This document shows positions 52,373-62,481 of a stretch of 64,000 nt of DNA, one piece after another. Numbering within the stretch: position 1 is the stretch's first letter; each line of letters begins with the position of its first letter. The notes beneath the pieces were generated by a model. The model searched no databases. It was given only the letters and a program-made list of their open reading frames with translations, and was not told where the DNA came from. Source of the DNA: Desulfomicrobium sp. (lineage in GTDB: Bacteria; Desulfobacterota; Desulfovibrionia; Desulfovibrionales; Desulfomicrobiaceae). Location of the stretch: positions 672,001 through 736,000 of the forward strand of contig JAXGMI010000001.1 of NCBI GenBank assembly GCA_040768745.1. Reading direction: 5' to 3'. Both the position numbers and the translations under genes were made by a program.

Positions 52373-52807
52373 ATGTCAGAGGACATACAAACCGGACGGC
52401 AACCCAGGGGACACCTGGTCCTCAGAACCCTGGCCATGCCCAGGGACACCAATCCCAGCGGCGACATCTTCGGCGGCTGGATCCTGGCCCAGATGGACGT
52501 GGCCGGGGGCCTCATGGCCGCGGAAGTCGCCCAGGGCCGGACCGTGACCGTCAGCGTGGACAAGATGGTCTTCCAGAAACCGGTCCGGGTGGGCGACACC
52601 ATCTGCGTGCATGCGGAACTCCTGCACGTGGGCAACTCCTCCATGGACATCAAGCTGGAGGTCTGGGCCAGGCAGATCATCGGCGCCTTCGAGGCCGAAC
52701 GCCAGCTGGTGACCGAGGGCTTGTTCCGCTACGTCGCCGTCGACGCCCAGGGCAAGCCCCGCCGGGTTCCGGACAACCCGCTCTATTTTTCGCAGCGCCG
52801 GGCCTGA
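52373..52807 (+). CDS. Acyl-CoA thioesterase (YciA-like hotdog fold)
   Basis: LRTLAMPRDTNPSGDIFGGWILAQMD, PVRVGD, YVAVD..GKPR. Confidence 0.92.
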   Translation: MSEDIQTGRQPRGHLVLRTLAMPRDTNPSGDIFGGWILAQMDVAGGLMAAEVAQGRTVTVSVDKMVFQKPVRVGDTICVHAELLHVGNSSMDIKLEVWARQIIGAFEAERQLVTEGLFRYVAVDAQGKPRRVPDNPLYFSQRRA

Positions 52808-52846
52808 CGGCCCCTGGAAGGTTTTTTCCCCCGCCATCCGGCTGCC

Positions 52847-53680
52847 TCACCCCCGCCACATCCGGCGCAGCAGGGCTATTTCTTCAGCGTACCCCGGCAG
52901 CTCGTTGGGCGTTTCCAGATAAAACGGCAGGTTTTTGAGCGCCGGGTGGTTGACGATGCGGCCGAAGGTCTCCAGTCCGATGTGGCCGTGACCGATGCGC
53001 GCATGGCGATCCTTGCGGCTGCCCCGGGGATGCAGGCTGTCGTTCAGATGCACGGCCAGTATCCGCTCCAGACCGATGACCGCGTCGAATTCTGCCAGCA
53101 CCCCGTCCAGGTCGCCCACGATGTCGTAGCCCGCATCATGGACGTGACAGGTGTCGAAACAGACGCCGAGGCGTTCCGCCATCCCCACCCTGTCGATGAT
53201 CTCCCGCAGTTCCCTGAACGTCCCCCCGATCTCGCTGCCTTTTCCGGACATGGTTTCAAGCAGCACGGTGGTGCTCATCCCCGGCCACATGACTGCATCC
53301 AGCTGGGTTGCGATGAGGGCGATGCCCGCCCCGACCCCCTGCCCGACGTGGCTGCCGGGATGGAAATTGTACATGTTCCCGGGGAGGTGTTCCATGCGGG
53401 CCAGATCGTCGGCCATGGACTCCAGGGCGAAATTCCTGATCCTGACCTCGGCTGAACAGGGGTTCAGCGTATAGGCCGCGTGCGCCAGGACAGACGTGAT
53501 GCCCTTCTCCCGGGCCAGTTCGAGGAACGCGGCCATGTCCTGGGGGTCGATTCCCTTGGCCGAGCCGCCCCGGGGATTGCGGGTAAAGAACTGGAAGGTG
53601 CTCGCGCCGATCTTCAGGGCGGTTCGACCCATGGCCAGAAAGCCCTTGGAGGAGGAGAGGTGGCAACCGATATTGAGCAT
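52847..53680 (-). CDS. nfo: Endonuclease IV
   Basis: [51 protein letters not shown]. Confidence 0.95.
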   Translation of the reverse strand: MLNIGCHLSSSKGFLAMGRTALKIGASTFQFFTRNPRGGSAKGIDPQDMAAFLELAREKGITSVLAHAAYTLNPCSAEVRIRNFALESMADDLARMEHLPGNMYNFHPGSHVGQGVGAGIALIATQLDAVMWPGMSTTVLLETMSGKGSEIGGTFRELREIIDRVGMAERLGVCFDTCHVHDAGYDIVGDLDGVLAEFDAVIGLERILAVHLNDSLHPRGSRKDRHARIGHGHIGLETFGRIVNHPALKNLPFYLETPNELPGYAEEIALLRRMWRG

Positions 53681-53933
53681 GGGTGCTCCGAATGATGGAC
53701 GAATGAAACATGCCCGGAATGAACACGCTTGACGTGGCGTTATCCGTTGAAAAGCGACATCCCGGCCGCGACGATGCTGTAATACAGGGAGAAGCGCGGG
53801 AAGCGGAAGAGGCACCCCGCGAAAACGGCCCAAGAACCCAGACCCAGAACGTCCACGTTCCGGCGCCTGGCCCCCCACGCCAACTGGCCATTTCGGACTC
53901 GCCCTCCCCAGGTTCGGCGTGTATCCTCGGACC

Positions 53934-54887
53934 ATGACTCCCAACCCCGGCCTGACCCTCGCTTTCACCGTCTTCCGCCCGGAAACCCTCCCCTTTGCGG
54001 CCAGGGCCATGCGGGGGCACGACCTGATCCTCCTCGAAGAACCTAAGACGCCCGGATTCGAGGACATGTTGCGCGGGGAACTGCCGGTGGAAGAATACCT
54101 GCTGCTCACGGACTTCGAATTCCCGCAGTACGCTGCGGGGCAATGCCGGACCCTGCAGGCGCTGCATGCCCGGGGCGCGGCCGTCCTGCAGGTCCACCCC
54201 TGGATGGATGAACTTGTGGGCATCCACGAGTTCTTCTCTGCCGGCAACGGCCCGGACGATATCCCCAGGAACGGCAAAGCCTGGGCCGTATATGCGCGGG
54301 AACGGGACTGGAGCGCAAAGCTGCTGGCATTCTACAGGGCGGCCGGAAAGAAGGATTTCGATGCCATTCTGGCCGTCGTGAACGACTTCGCACGCGCCGA
54401 CGCCGGAAGGATCATGGACATGGACCAGGTCCGTGCGGCGGCCATCGCCCGCCTCCTGCCCGGTCGGACGTCGGTCTACGTCGAGTGCGGGGCCATCCAC
54501 CACGACATGATCGGCCTGCTCCTCAAGATCCCGGGCCGGGGGAAGGTGCGCACCGTGCACCTCATGGAGGAGGTCTGCCGCGAGCGCCACGGCCGGCGCC
54601 GCCTGATCCCGCCCGGCGACATGCTGACCTTCCGCCATCTCCTCGGCGCGCCGCGCGACCCCGCTCTGGAGAACCTCCTGGCCGCCCGGGCCGTGGTCTA
54701 CAACCGGCTCATGGAAAAGGAGGAGACGTTCGAGTCGGCCTCGCCCTGCCCGCACTTGGACGCCGAGGCCCTGGTCCTGGGCCTCATCGGCGGCTTGGAC
54801 ACTGAGCAATGCCGGAACCTCTTCGAGCGCATCCGACACACGTCCGTGCATGACAGCCTGAAGCTCGTGCTGGGCAAGCGGGACTAG
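53934..54887 (+). CDS. Hypothetical protein
   Basis: 317-codon ORF with host-like GC3 codon usage filling the gap; no family recognised. Confidence 0.7.
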   Translation: MTPNPGLTLAFTVFRPETLPFAARAMRGHDLILLEEPKTPGFEDMLRGELPVEEYLLLTDFEFPQYAAGQCRTLQALHARGAAVLQVHPWMDELVGIHEFFSAGNGPDDIPRNGKAWAVYARERDWSAKLLAFYRAAGKKDFDAILAVVNDFARADAGRIMDMDQVRAAAIARLLPGRTSVYVECGAIHHDMIGLLLKIPGRGKVRTVHLMEEVCRERHGRRRLIPPGDMLTFRHLLGAPRDPALENLLAARAVVYNRLMEKEETFESASPCPHLDAEALVLGLIGGLDTEQCRNLFERIRHTSVHDSLKLVLGKRD

Positions 54888-55220
54888 ACAGGGGGGCGTC
54901 CTCCGGGCGCGGCAGGCAGGGAGGACATGACCCGGGTCCGGATCTCCGCCACCTCCCCCTCTCCGTACACGTCCCCCGGCACCACCCGCCCCCAGACCAC
55001 GCCGGGCCAGTAGGGGTCGGTTTTCCAGCGCCCGATGACGTGGAAATGGAACTGCGGAACCAGGTTGCCGATGGCCGCCACGTTGATCTTGTGGCAGCCC
55101 AGTCCGGCTGTGAGCATCCGGCCCAGAGACGAGGACGCCTCCGCGAGCTGGCCCCGCAAGGGTTCGGGCAGGTCGTGCCATTGTATCGGTCTACGGTTTT
55201 TTGGACACGTTTTTGGTTAA

Positions 55221-56111
55221 TCAAGCCGCAACGTTCACGGCCTCTTTCTGGATGGCCCGCACCGCTGCCGGAGTCTTGTAGCCGTGGCGTCCAATGATCC
55301 ATTCCCGGTTGTACGTCTCCTTGAACTCCAAGAGGGCAAGTCGGAGTTCCTCGACCGTATCGAACCGCCGGACCCAGAGCAGGTTTTCCTTGAGCGTGCG
55401 CACGAACCTCTCGGCGATGCCGTTGCCTTGGGGTTCTCTGACGAAAGCAGGCGAACTCCGGATGCCCAGGAAGGAAACCTCCTCTTGAAACACACTGGAA
55501 ACGTACTGGCTACCATTGTCATGTCGCAGGGTCAGGCCCTCTGCCACGGCGGGTCCAAAGGCTCCAAAGCTGTGGCGCACACCTTGGCGAATCGGCTCCA
55601 GGGCTTCAAAGCGCGTCCCGTACTTAGCGGCGTGGATGCCGACACACTCCAGAGAGCAGTGGTCCACGGCCAGGAAGATCGAAGCGTTGCCTTCCTGCAT
55701 GGTCATCGTCGTGGTCATGTCCGTGCCCCACATCTCGTCCACCCGGGCAGTCTTGATCGTCCCGTCATGCGCCTTGGGGCCATGCGGCCTGCCGGGCTTG
55801 CGCACTGCGAGCAGGTTGTTCTCTCTCATGATCCGAAGCGTTCGCAGGGGGGACGTTCTGATGCCCTCAAAACGCAACCTGGCCCACACTTTCCGATAGC
55901 CTTCACCAGTAAAAGGGGAGTTCTGGATGCATGCCACGATGTGCCCGAACAACTCCCCATCACTGTGGAAGCCAATAGGGCCTCGGCGGCTTGGTGTGCC
56001 CTCATTCGCAACCTTGCGTGCATAATGCGTGGACCTGGGGAGATTCCAGACCCGGCAAACCAGCACCAGCCCATACGTCTGACCAGTGGAGGGCGAGGTG
56101 GACCGGCTCAT
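55221..56111 (-). CDS. IS3 OrfB DDE transposase
   Basis: Identical to other intact copies. Confidence 0.95.
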   Translation of the reverse strand: MSRSTSPSTGQTYGLVLVCRVWNLPRSTHYARKVANEGTPSRRGPIGFHSDGELFGHIVACIQNSPFTGEGYRKVWARLRFEGIRTSPLRTLRIMRENNLLAVRKPGRPHGPKAHDGTIKTARVDEMWGTDMTTTMTMQEGNASIFLAVDHCSLECVGIHAAKYGTRFEALEPIRQGVRHSFGAFGPAVAEGLTLRHDNGSQYVSSVFQEEVSFLGIRSSPAFVREPQGNGIAERFVRTLKENLLWVRRFDTVEELRLALLEFKETYNREWIIGRHGYKTPAAVRAIQKEAVNVAA

Positions 56112-56497
56112 TTCCTCGACCTCCGCAACCCCAAAGGGTCTTTTGCCTCCATCATTCGGATCTTCTCGCGGAGCAGTTCTATCTCCATGGTCTGCTCGCC
56201 GATTTTCTCATTGAGGCGCTTGTATTCGGCCTCCTCCGCCGGAGAGCGTTTTTTGAGACTATCCGCGCCACCGGCCAGAAAGGCATCTCTCCATTGTGAG
56301 AGCGTGGCAGCCGTCACGCCGAGTTCCCGACTGAGCGTTTCGATGTCTTCACCACGCAGAAGCCGGAGGACGGCCTCGGTCTTGTGCTGTGCCCAGAATC
56401 GCTTGGGAGTTGCCTTCGTCTCCCCGGTTCCAGTCGGCCTACGGCCTCCCTCCACCGGGGAGACGGCTGAAATATCCTTGTCGCTTTGTTTGCTCAT
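56108..56497 (-). CDS. IS3 OrfA
   Basis: Identical to other copies. Confidence 0.92.
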   Translation of the reverse strand: MSKQSDKDISAVSPVEGGRRPTGTGETKATPKRFWAQHKTEAVLRLLRGEDIETLSRELGVTAATLSQWRDAFLAGGADSLKKRSPAEEAEYKRLNEKIGEQTMEIELLREKIRMMEAKDPLGLRRSRK

Positions 56498-56850
56498 GAA
56501 TCACCTCATGGGGAGTCTCTCTACTCCCAATTTGGTGTCCAAGAAAACCCTATCCCAGAGGACCATTCTGTCGCAGTCGTTTCGGGGACCAGGATGAACC
56601 AGCGCACCTGGGCGTCCTTGTGCAGCAGGACCCGGAGATCGCGCCACTGGCCCAGAACATGGCAATCGGCGCGCAGGGCGGGGTGGAGGGTGAAGTTGTG
56701 CATGACCCGAGGGTACGGCAGGGAGGGCTGCGCCGCAAGGGGCCGAAGACCCCCCGAAGGTGTCCGGGATGATCCAAAAAACGGCGTCATCCCGGACATG
56801 GGCGTTCTCTGATGGACGCGGGGACGGTCAGCGGCCCGCGATCCAAGATC

Positions 56851-57915
56851 TCAGTCGAAGGCGGCGAACAGGGCCTTGGCCCCAGCGGGGTCCTGGCGGC
56901 ATTCGAGCAGGGCGCTGAGCATGATGGGGGCCACGATGGTGGCATCGGATTCAATGACGAACATCGGCGTGTCCTTGGTCAGTTTGTCCCAGGTGATCTT
57001 CTCGTTGGGAGTGGCCCCTGAATAGGACCCGTAGGACGTGGTGGAATCGGAAATCTGGCAGAAATAGGCCCAGGGCGCGGCTTCGGCCCGCAGGTCGTAC
57101 TTGATGGACGGCACGACGCAGATGGGGAAATCGCCGGCAATGCCGCCGCCGATCTGGAAAAAGCCCACTCCCGCGCCCTGGGCGAGCTCCTGGTAATGGT
57201 CGTAGAAGGCCGCCATGTACTCGATGCCCGACTTGGCGATGGAAGGGCTGCACTCTCCGGTCTTGACGTAGGAGGCAAAAATGTTGCCGAACGTCGAGTC
57301 CTCGTATCCGGGGACGACCAGGGGCAGGTCCTTTTCCGCGGCGGCGAGCAGCCAGCACTCCTGCGGCGACCCGGCATGCTGGTCCGGGCCCAGGGCGCGC
57401 ACGAGCCGGTAGAAGTACTGATGCCAGAAGTGCCGCTCCCCCTTTTCGGTGGCCGACTTCCACATGGGCACGATGACGCGTTCCACGGCCCGGAAGGCCT
57501 CGTCCTCCGGGATGCTGGTGTCCGTCACCCGGCGCATGCCCCTGTTCAGGATGTCCGTGTCGTCCTGCTTGGTGAAATAGCGGTAATCGGGAAAATCCTG
57601 ATAGTGGCCGTGAGCCACAAGGCGGAACAAGGACTCCTCCAGGTTGGCCCCCGTCACGGACAGGCCGTGGATCAGCCCGGCCCTGATGGCTGGGGCGAGG
57701 GTTATGCCGAGCTGGGCCGAGGACATGGCCCCGGCCACGGCCCAGAACATTCTGCCCCCGGCCTCGACGTGCCGCCAGTAGGCCACCAGGGCGTCCCGCA
57801 CGGCCCGAGCGTTGAAATTGTGATAGTTCCGGACGATGAACTCGCACACCGGCAAACCCGTGTGCCCGACCTGCATGGGCCCGGAGGCCCCTTTTGCCAT
57901 TTTCGTTTGACCCAT
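56851..57915 (-). CDS. Deoxyhypusine synthase-like protein
   Basis: AGAMSSA, TGANLEE, QIGGGIAGDF, GSYSGATPNEKITWDKL, IESDATIVAP. Confidence 0.9.
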   Translation of the reverse strand: MGQTKMAKGASGPMQVGHTGLPVCEFIVRNYHNFNARAVRDALVAYWRHVEAGGRMFWAVAGAMSSAQLGITLAPAIRAGLIHGLSVTGANLEESLFRLVAHGHYQDFPDYRYFTKQDDTDILNRGMRRVTDTSIPEDEAFRAVERVIVPMWKSATEKGERHFWHQYFYRLVRALGPDQHAGSPQECWLLAAAEKDLPLVVPGYEDSTFGNIFASYVKTGECSPSIAKSGIEYMAAFYDHYQELAQGAGVGFFQIGGGIAGDFPICVVPSIKYDLRAEAAPWAYFCQISDSTTSYGSYSGATPNEKITWDKLTKDTPMFVIESDATIVAPIMLSALLECRQDPAGAKALFAAFD

Positions 57916-58137
57916 CGCGATCCCTCCACCGCTGTTTTGTCCGTGCCGACGGGCAGTCCTTGCCGCCGCCCGGAGTTGTGCGCCGTCAGAAAAACCCCCT
58001 TTCCCTCCTTTTCCCCCCGCGTCAATGCATTTTGCGGAAATCCCGGGGTCCGATCCTGTTCTGCGGTATTGAAATTCGCCCCGCAGGGGTTCATAGTCCG
58101 GCCGCCTGGGGCTTGACTGCAAACAAGGACTTTTCCC

Positions 58138-59910
58138 ATGCAGCTGCTGCACCTCTACATGCGCGTCTTGCGCCAGTTGGGGCCGGAAACCCGGCTGGCG
58201 TCGGTCCTGGTGGCCGCCAATCTGGGGCTGGCCATCGCCCAGTTCGCCGAGCCGGTCCTGTTCGGCCGGATCATCGACGCCCTGAGCCGGGCCCAGGGGT
58301 CGGACACCCCACTGCGCATGGCCGATCTTGCGCCGCTGCTGGCTGCCTGGGTGGGCTTCGGGCTCTTCGTCATCGGCGCAGGGGTGCTGGTGGCCCTGCA
58401 CGCCGACCGCCTGGCCCACCGCCGCAGGTTGGCCATCATGGCCCATTTTTTCGAACATGCCCTGAACCTGCCCCTCAACTTCCACGCCGGCATGCATTCA
58501 GGCCGGCTCTTCAAGGTCATGCTGGAGGGGGCAGGGACCATTTCCGCCCTCCTGCTCAACTTCCTGCGCGAGAACTGCGCGGCCGCCCTCTCCCTGGTGG
58601 TCCTGCTGCCGCTCTCGCTTTTCCTCAACTGGCGGCTGGCAATGCTCCTGCTCTGCCTGGTCGGCGTGTTCACGGTGCTGACCACCGTGGTCCTGCGTTA
58701 CACCGAGACGCTCCAGGGCCAGGTGCAGCAGCATCACAACGTGCTGGCCGAACGCACCACCGACGCCCTGGGCAACGTCCCGGTCATCCAGAGCTTCACG
58801 CGCATCGAGGCCGAAGTGCTGGACCTGCGCAAAACCATCGACCGTCTCCTGGCCGCCCAGATCCCGGTGCTGTCCTGGTGGGCCCTGGCCGCAGTGGCCA
58901 CCCGCGCCGCCGTGACCCTCACGGTCCTGTCCATCCTGCTGGCCGGCACCTGGCTGTACATGCACGGACAGGCCACAGTGGGCGACATCGTCACGTTCAT
59001 GACCCTGGCCGGCATGCTCATCGCCAAACTGCAGACCGTGGTGGGCTTTGTGAACACGATCTTCCTGGAGGCCCCGAAACTGCGTGACTTCTTCGACGTC
59101 CTGGACACCGTGCCCCAGGTCCGCAACCTCCCGGGCTCCGTGGACGCGGGGCGGCTGGAGGGAGTGGTGGAATTCGACGGTGTGGGGTTCTCCTACCCCG
59201 CGGCCCGGGACCAGCTTCCGCGCATGGCCGTGCAAGGCCTCAGTTTCCGGGCCCACAGGGGGGAAACCATCGCCATGGTGGGCGCCACAGGCAGCGGCAA
59301 GTCCACCACCTTGTCTCTCCTGCACCGCGTCTTCGACCCCCAGCAGGGAGCCATCCGCATCGACGGCAAGGACATCCGGGACTACACCCTGACCTCCCTG
59401 CGCAGGAACATCGGGGTGGTCTTCCAGGAACCCATGCTCTTCGCCCGGACCATCGAGGAGAACCTGCGCGTGGGCAACCCCTCGGCCACCAGGGCCCAAC
59501 TTCTGGAAGCCTGCGAACGCGCCCAGGCCATGGACCTGCTCGAGCGTCAGCCCGGGGGGTTGAACGCCCTGGTGGCCGAGCGCGGCCGGTCCCTGTCCGG
59601 CGGAGAACGCCAAAGACTGTCCATCGCCCGAGCCCTGCTCAAGAACCCGCCCATCCTCATCCTGGACGAGGCCACCAGCGCCCTGGACGCGGCCACCGAA
59701 GTCAAGGTCCAGGCCGCTCTGGACGAGGTCATGCGGGACCGCACCACCTTTGTCATCGCCCACCGTCTGGCCACGGTGCGCAACGCCGACCGTATCCTCG
59801 TCTTCGAGGATGGCCGCATCGTGGAGTCAGGCAGTTTTGGGGAACTGATCAGCCTGGGCGGACGATTCGCCACGCTGGCCAGGGCCCAGCTGCTGGCGCC
59901 CGAACCCTGA
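58138..59910 (+). CDS. ABC exporter (permease + ATPase), NdvA/ChvA cyclic beta-glucan exporter-like
   Basis: [67 protein letters not shown]. Confidence 0.85.
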   Translation: MQLLHLYMRVLRQLGPETRLASVLVAANLGLAIAQFAEPVLFGRIIDALSRAQGSDTPLRMADLAPLLAAWVGFGLFVIGAGVLVALHADRLAHRRRLAIMAHFFEHALNLPLNFHAGMHSGRLFKVMLEGAGTISALLLNFLRENCAAALSLVVLLPLSLFLNWRLAMLLLCLVGVFTVLTTVVLRYTETLQGQVQQHHNVLAERTTDALGNVPVIQSFTRIEAEVLDLRKTIDRLLAAQIPVLSWWALAAVATRAAVTLTVLSILLAGTWLYMHGQATVGDIVTFMTLAGMLIAKLQTVVGFVNTIFLEAPKLRDFFDVLDTVPQVRNLPGSVDAGRLEGVVEFDGVGFSYPAARDQLPRMAVQGLSFRAHRGETIAMVGATGSGKSTTLSLLHRVFDPQQGAIRIDGKDIRDYTLTSLRRNIGVVFQEPMLFARTIEENLRVGNPSATRAQLLEACERAQAMDLLERQPGGLNALVAERGRSLSGGERQRLSIARALLKNPPILILDEATSALDAATEVKVQAALDEVMRDRTTFVIAHRLATVRNADRILVFEDGRIVESGSFGELISLGGRFATLARAQLLAPEP

Positions 59911-60001
59911 GCCCTTCAGGCCTTTCGCCGACGAGAGGCTGCCGTCTCCCCGTCTGTCCATCTCCACGGGCGTTTCCCTGCCAGCCACCCTCCAGCGTAA
60001 C

Positions 60002-61117
60002 TCAGGACCCGGGGCGGTGCAGCATCTGCTTGACTCCCTGAATCCGCCGAAAGGAGAGGGCGATGCGCTCTGGCGACAGGCGGCCGCTCTGCACGGCCCC
60101 TTCCAGGACACGCACCGCCGCGGGCACGATGTCCGGGTCATATTCCAGGTTGTTGCCGAAAACCAGGATGTCCACCCCAGCCTCCACCGCCCGGACAATG
60201 GCTTCGGCCTGGCCGTACTGCCCGGCGATGGCCCCCATCTGCATGTCATCGGAAACGATGACCCCCTGGAATCCCAACCGTTCCCGCAGGAGCCCTGTCA
60301 GCACGGCCGGGGAGAGCGTGGCGGGATGCGTCGCGTCGAGGTGGACTGTGAAGAGATGCCCGGTCATGATCAGGGGACTGGCCTGCAGTGGAATGAGGAC
60401 TTCGTATGGCCGGAGCTCCACTCGGCTCCAGGTCCGGGTGATGTCGGTCAGGCCCAGATGGGAATCCGCCGTGGCGCTGCCGTGCCCGGGAAAATGTTTC
60501 AGACAGGGCAGCACCCCCCTGGACAGCAGGCCTTGACAGAACGCGAGGGCATGGGCCGCGACCAGATCCGGGTCGGCCGAAAAACTGCGCTCCAGGGCGC
60601 CGATGGCCGGGCTGGCCGGATTCACGTCCACATCGGCCACCGGGGCGAAATCGAGATTGATGCCCAGGCCGGCCAGCAGGTCCCCTGTCCGCTCTCCCTG
60701 GGCCCGCGTCGCTGCGGGCGACCCGAACCCCAGGACCCTGGCCGAGGGAGAAGGGGGAAACCCCTGTTCCTCCTTCAGGCGGCAGACCCGCCCCCCCTCC
60801 TGATCCACGGCGATGAACAGGGGCACGCTGGCGGTCGCCTGCAGCTTGGCGGTCAGGGCGCGGACCTGCGCAGGGCTTTGGATGTTGCGGCCCGGAGAAC
60901 CCAGCCGCACGTCCCTGTCAAAGAGAATCACGCCCCCGAGGTGATGCTCCCGGACGTCCCGCAGAACCGGGGCGTCCTCTTCCAGGACCGCGCCCCGGAA
61001 CCCGATCAGGAGCATCTGTCCGAGCATGGCCCGAAGGCCTGGCCCCTGGTCCATGGCACAGAGCAACGGCGGCCGGAGGACGCAGAACATCAGGGCCGCC
61101 AGGATCCGGACCATCAT
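60002..61117 (-). CDS. nagZ: GH3 beta-N-acetylhexosaminidase
   Basis: AVDQEGGRV, DFAPVAD, KHFPGHGSATADSH, SDDMQM. Confidence 0.88.
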   Translation of the reverse strand: MMVRILAALMFCVLRPPLLCAMDQGPGLRAMLGQMLLIGFRGAVLEEDAPVLRDVREHHLGGVILFDRDVRLGSPGRNIQSPAQVRALTAKLQATASVPLFIAVDQEGGRVCRLKEEQGFPPSPSARVLGFGSPAATRAQGERTGDLLAGLGINLDFAPVADVDVNPASPAIGALERSFSADPDLVAAHALAFCQGLLSRGVLPCLKHFPGHGSATADSHLGLTDITRTWSRVELRPYEVLIPLQASPLIMTGHLFTVHLDATHPATLSPAVLTGLLRERLGFQGVIVSDDMQMGAIAGQYGQAEAIVRAVEAGVDILVFGNNLEYDPDIVPAAVRVLEGAVQSGRLSPERIALSFRRIQGVKQMLHRPGS

Positions 61118-62481
61118 CCCGGCCCTCCTCCGACCCCGTACTTCAGGAGCTTGGCGTGCATGGTCTTCCTGGTGATGCCCAGTCTGCGGGCCGCCTCGCT
61201 CTTGTTCCCGTCCGCTTCCTCCAGGGCCTCCAGGATGGCCAGACGCTCCAGCTCCTCCAGGGTCATCCCGGACAGTCGCGATTCCGCTCCGGCCCCGTCC
61301 TTGAGGCCGGTCAGGGCCGGGGGCAGTTCGCGCTCGCTGACGTATTCGCCGATCAGCAGGACCACGGCCCGTTCCACCGCGTTTTCCAACTCCCGCACAT
61401 TGCCCGGCCAGGGATGCTTCAACAGCCGATCCATGGCTTCGGGCGTGAACCCCTTGATGCGCTTGCCGTTCCTGGCCGCGAATTTCGCTAGGAAATGACC
61501 GGCCAACAGGGGGATATCCTCCTGCCGCTCGCGCAGAGGGGGCAGGGCCAGGGTCACCACGTTCAGGCGGTAGTAGAGATCCTGGCGGAAGGCCTTCCGT
61601 TCCACTTCCTGCAGCAGGTCCCGGTTGGTGGCTGCCAGGATGCGCACGTCAACCTTCACGGTCCGGTCTCCGCCCACGGGCTGGATCTCGCGCTCCTGGA
61701 TGACCCGCAGGAGCTTGACCTGCATGGCCATGGACATCTCCCCGATCTCGTCCAGGAAGATAGTCCCCTTGTCCGCGGCCAGGATCCGGCCCTCGCGCCG
61801 GCGTTCCGCCCCGGTGAAGGCCCCTTTCTCGTGACCGAAGAGCTCGGACTCCAGCAGTGTTTCGGTCAGGGCCGCGCAGTTCACAGCCACATACGGTCCC
61901 TTGCTCCGCTGGCTGTTGGCGTGGATGGCCCAGGCGATGAGTTCCTTGCCCGTGCCCGACTCCCCCGTGACCAGCACCGTGGCCTCGGACGGGGCGATGG
62001 TGGACAGCATGTCCATCAACCGGCGCATGGGCGGACTCTGGCCGATGATCCCCCCCGCATCGAAAGACGAGGCCAGAGTCTCCCGCAGAACCCTGTTCTC
62101 GTCGCGCAGGGAGGCATGATCCAGGGCCCGGTCCAGGGTCAGGCGCAGGTCGTCGAAATCCAGGGGCTTGGTCAGGTAGTCGTAGGCCCCGGCCTTGATG
62201 GCCTCCACCGCCGTCTCCACGTTGGAATACGCGGTCATGACCAGCACGGGGATGGCCGGATTGTAGGCCTTGATCTCCCTCAACGCCTCGATGCCCGAGA
62301 TTCCGGCCATGCGCACATCCATGAGAATGAGGTCGAAAGGCCGCTCCCTGCACAAGGCCACGGCGCTCTCTCCGTCCCCCACCCCTTCCAGGCGATACCC
62401 CCAGTCCCCCAGCAGGGTCATGAGCATGCGGCGGTGTCCGAGGTCGTCATCCACCACAAGAATGGTGATTTTAGGTTTCAT
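61114..62481 (-). CDS. Sigma54-dependent response regulator (ZraR/NtrC-like)
   Basis: Receiver (LVVDDD, LMDVRM), GESGTGKEL, GAFTGA, Fis HTH. Confidence 0.93.
   Translation of the reverse strand: MKPKITILVVDDDLGHRRMLMTLLGDWGYRLEGVGDGESAVALCRERPFDLILMDVRMAGISGIEALREIKAYNPAIPVLVMTAYSNVETAVEAIKAGAYDYLTKPLDFDDLRLTLDRALDHASLRDENRVLRETLASSFDAGGIIGQSPPMRRLMDMLSTIAPSEATVLVTGESGTGKELIAWAIHANSQRSKGPYVAVNCAALTETLLESELFGHEKGAFTGAERRREGRILAADKGTIFLDEIGEMSMAMQVKLLRVIQEREIQPVGGDRTVKVDVRILAATNRDLLQEVERKAFRQDLYYRLNVVTLALPPLRERQEDIPLLAGHFLAKFAARNGKRIKGFTPEAMDRLLKHPWPGNVRELENAVERAVVLLIGEYVSERELPPALTGLKDGAGAESRLSGMTLEELERLAILEALEEADGNKSEAARRLGITRKTMHAKLLKYGVGGGPG

Larger units (their letters stand above)
55182..56562 (-). 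mobile_element. IS3-family element, copy 4 (1381 bp)
   Basis: TSD CCAT (55178-55181 / 56563-56566); orfA 56108..56497, orfB 55221..56111. Confidence 0.97.
54884..56703 (-). pseudogene. HIT-family hydrolase interrupted by IS3 copy 4 (144 aa when rebuilt)
   Basis: MHNFTLHPAL..WFILVP..TEW | HDLP..KINVAAIGNLVPQFHFHVIGR..DPYWPGVVWG. Confidence 0.9.

Noticed and set aside
58138..61117. GH3 gene as a cyclic-glucan partner of the NdvA-like exporter
   Set aside because: Convergent orientation, and KHFPGHG..DSH marks a NagZ-type N-acetylglucosaminidase.
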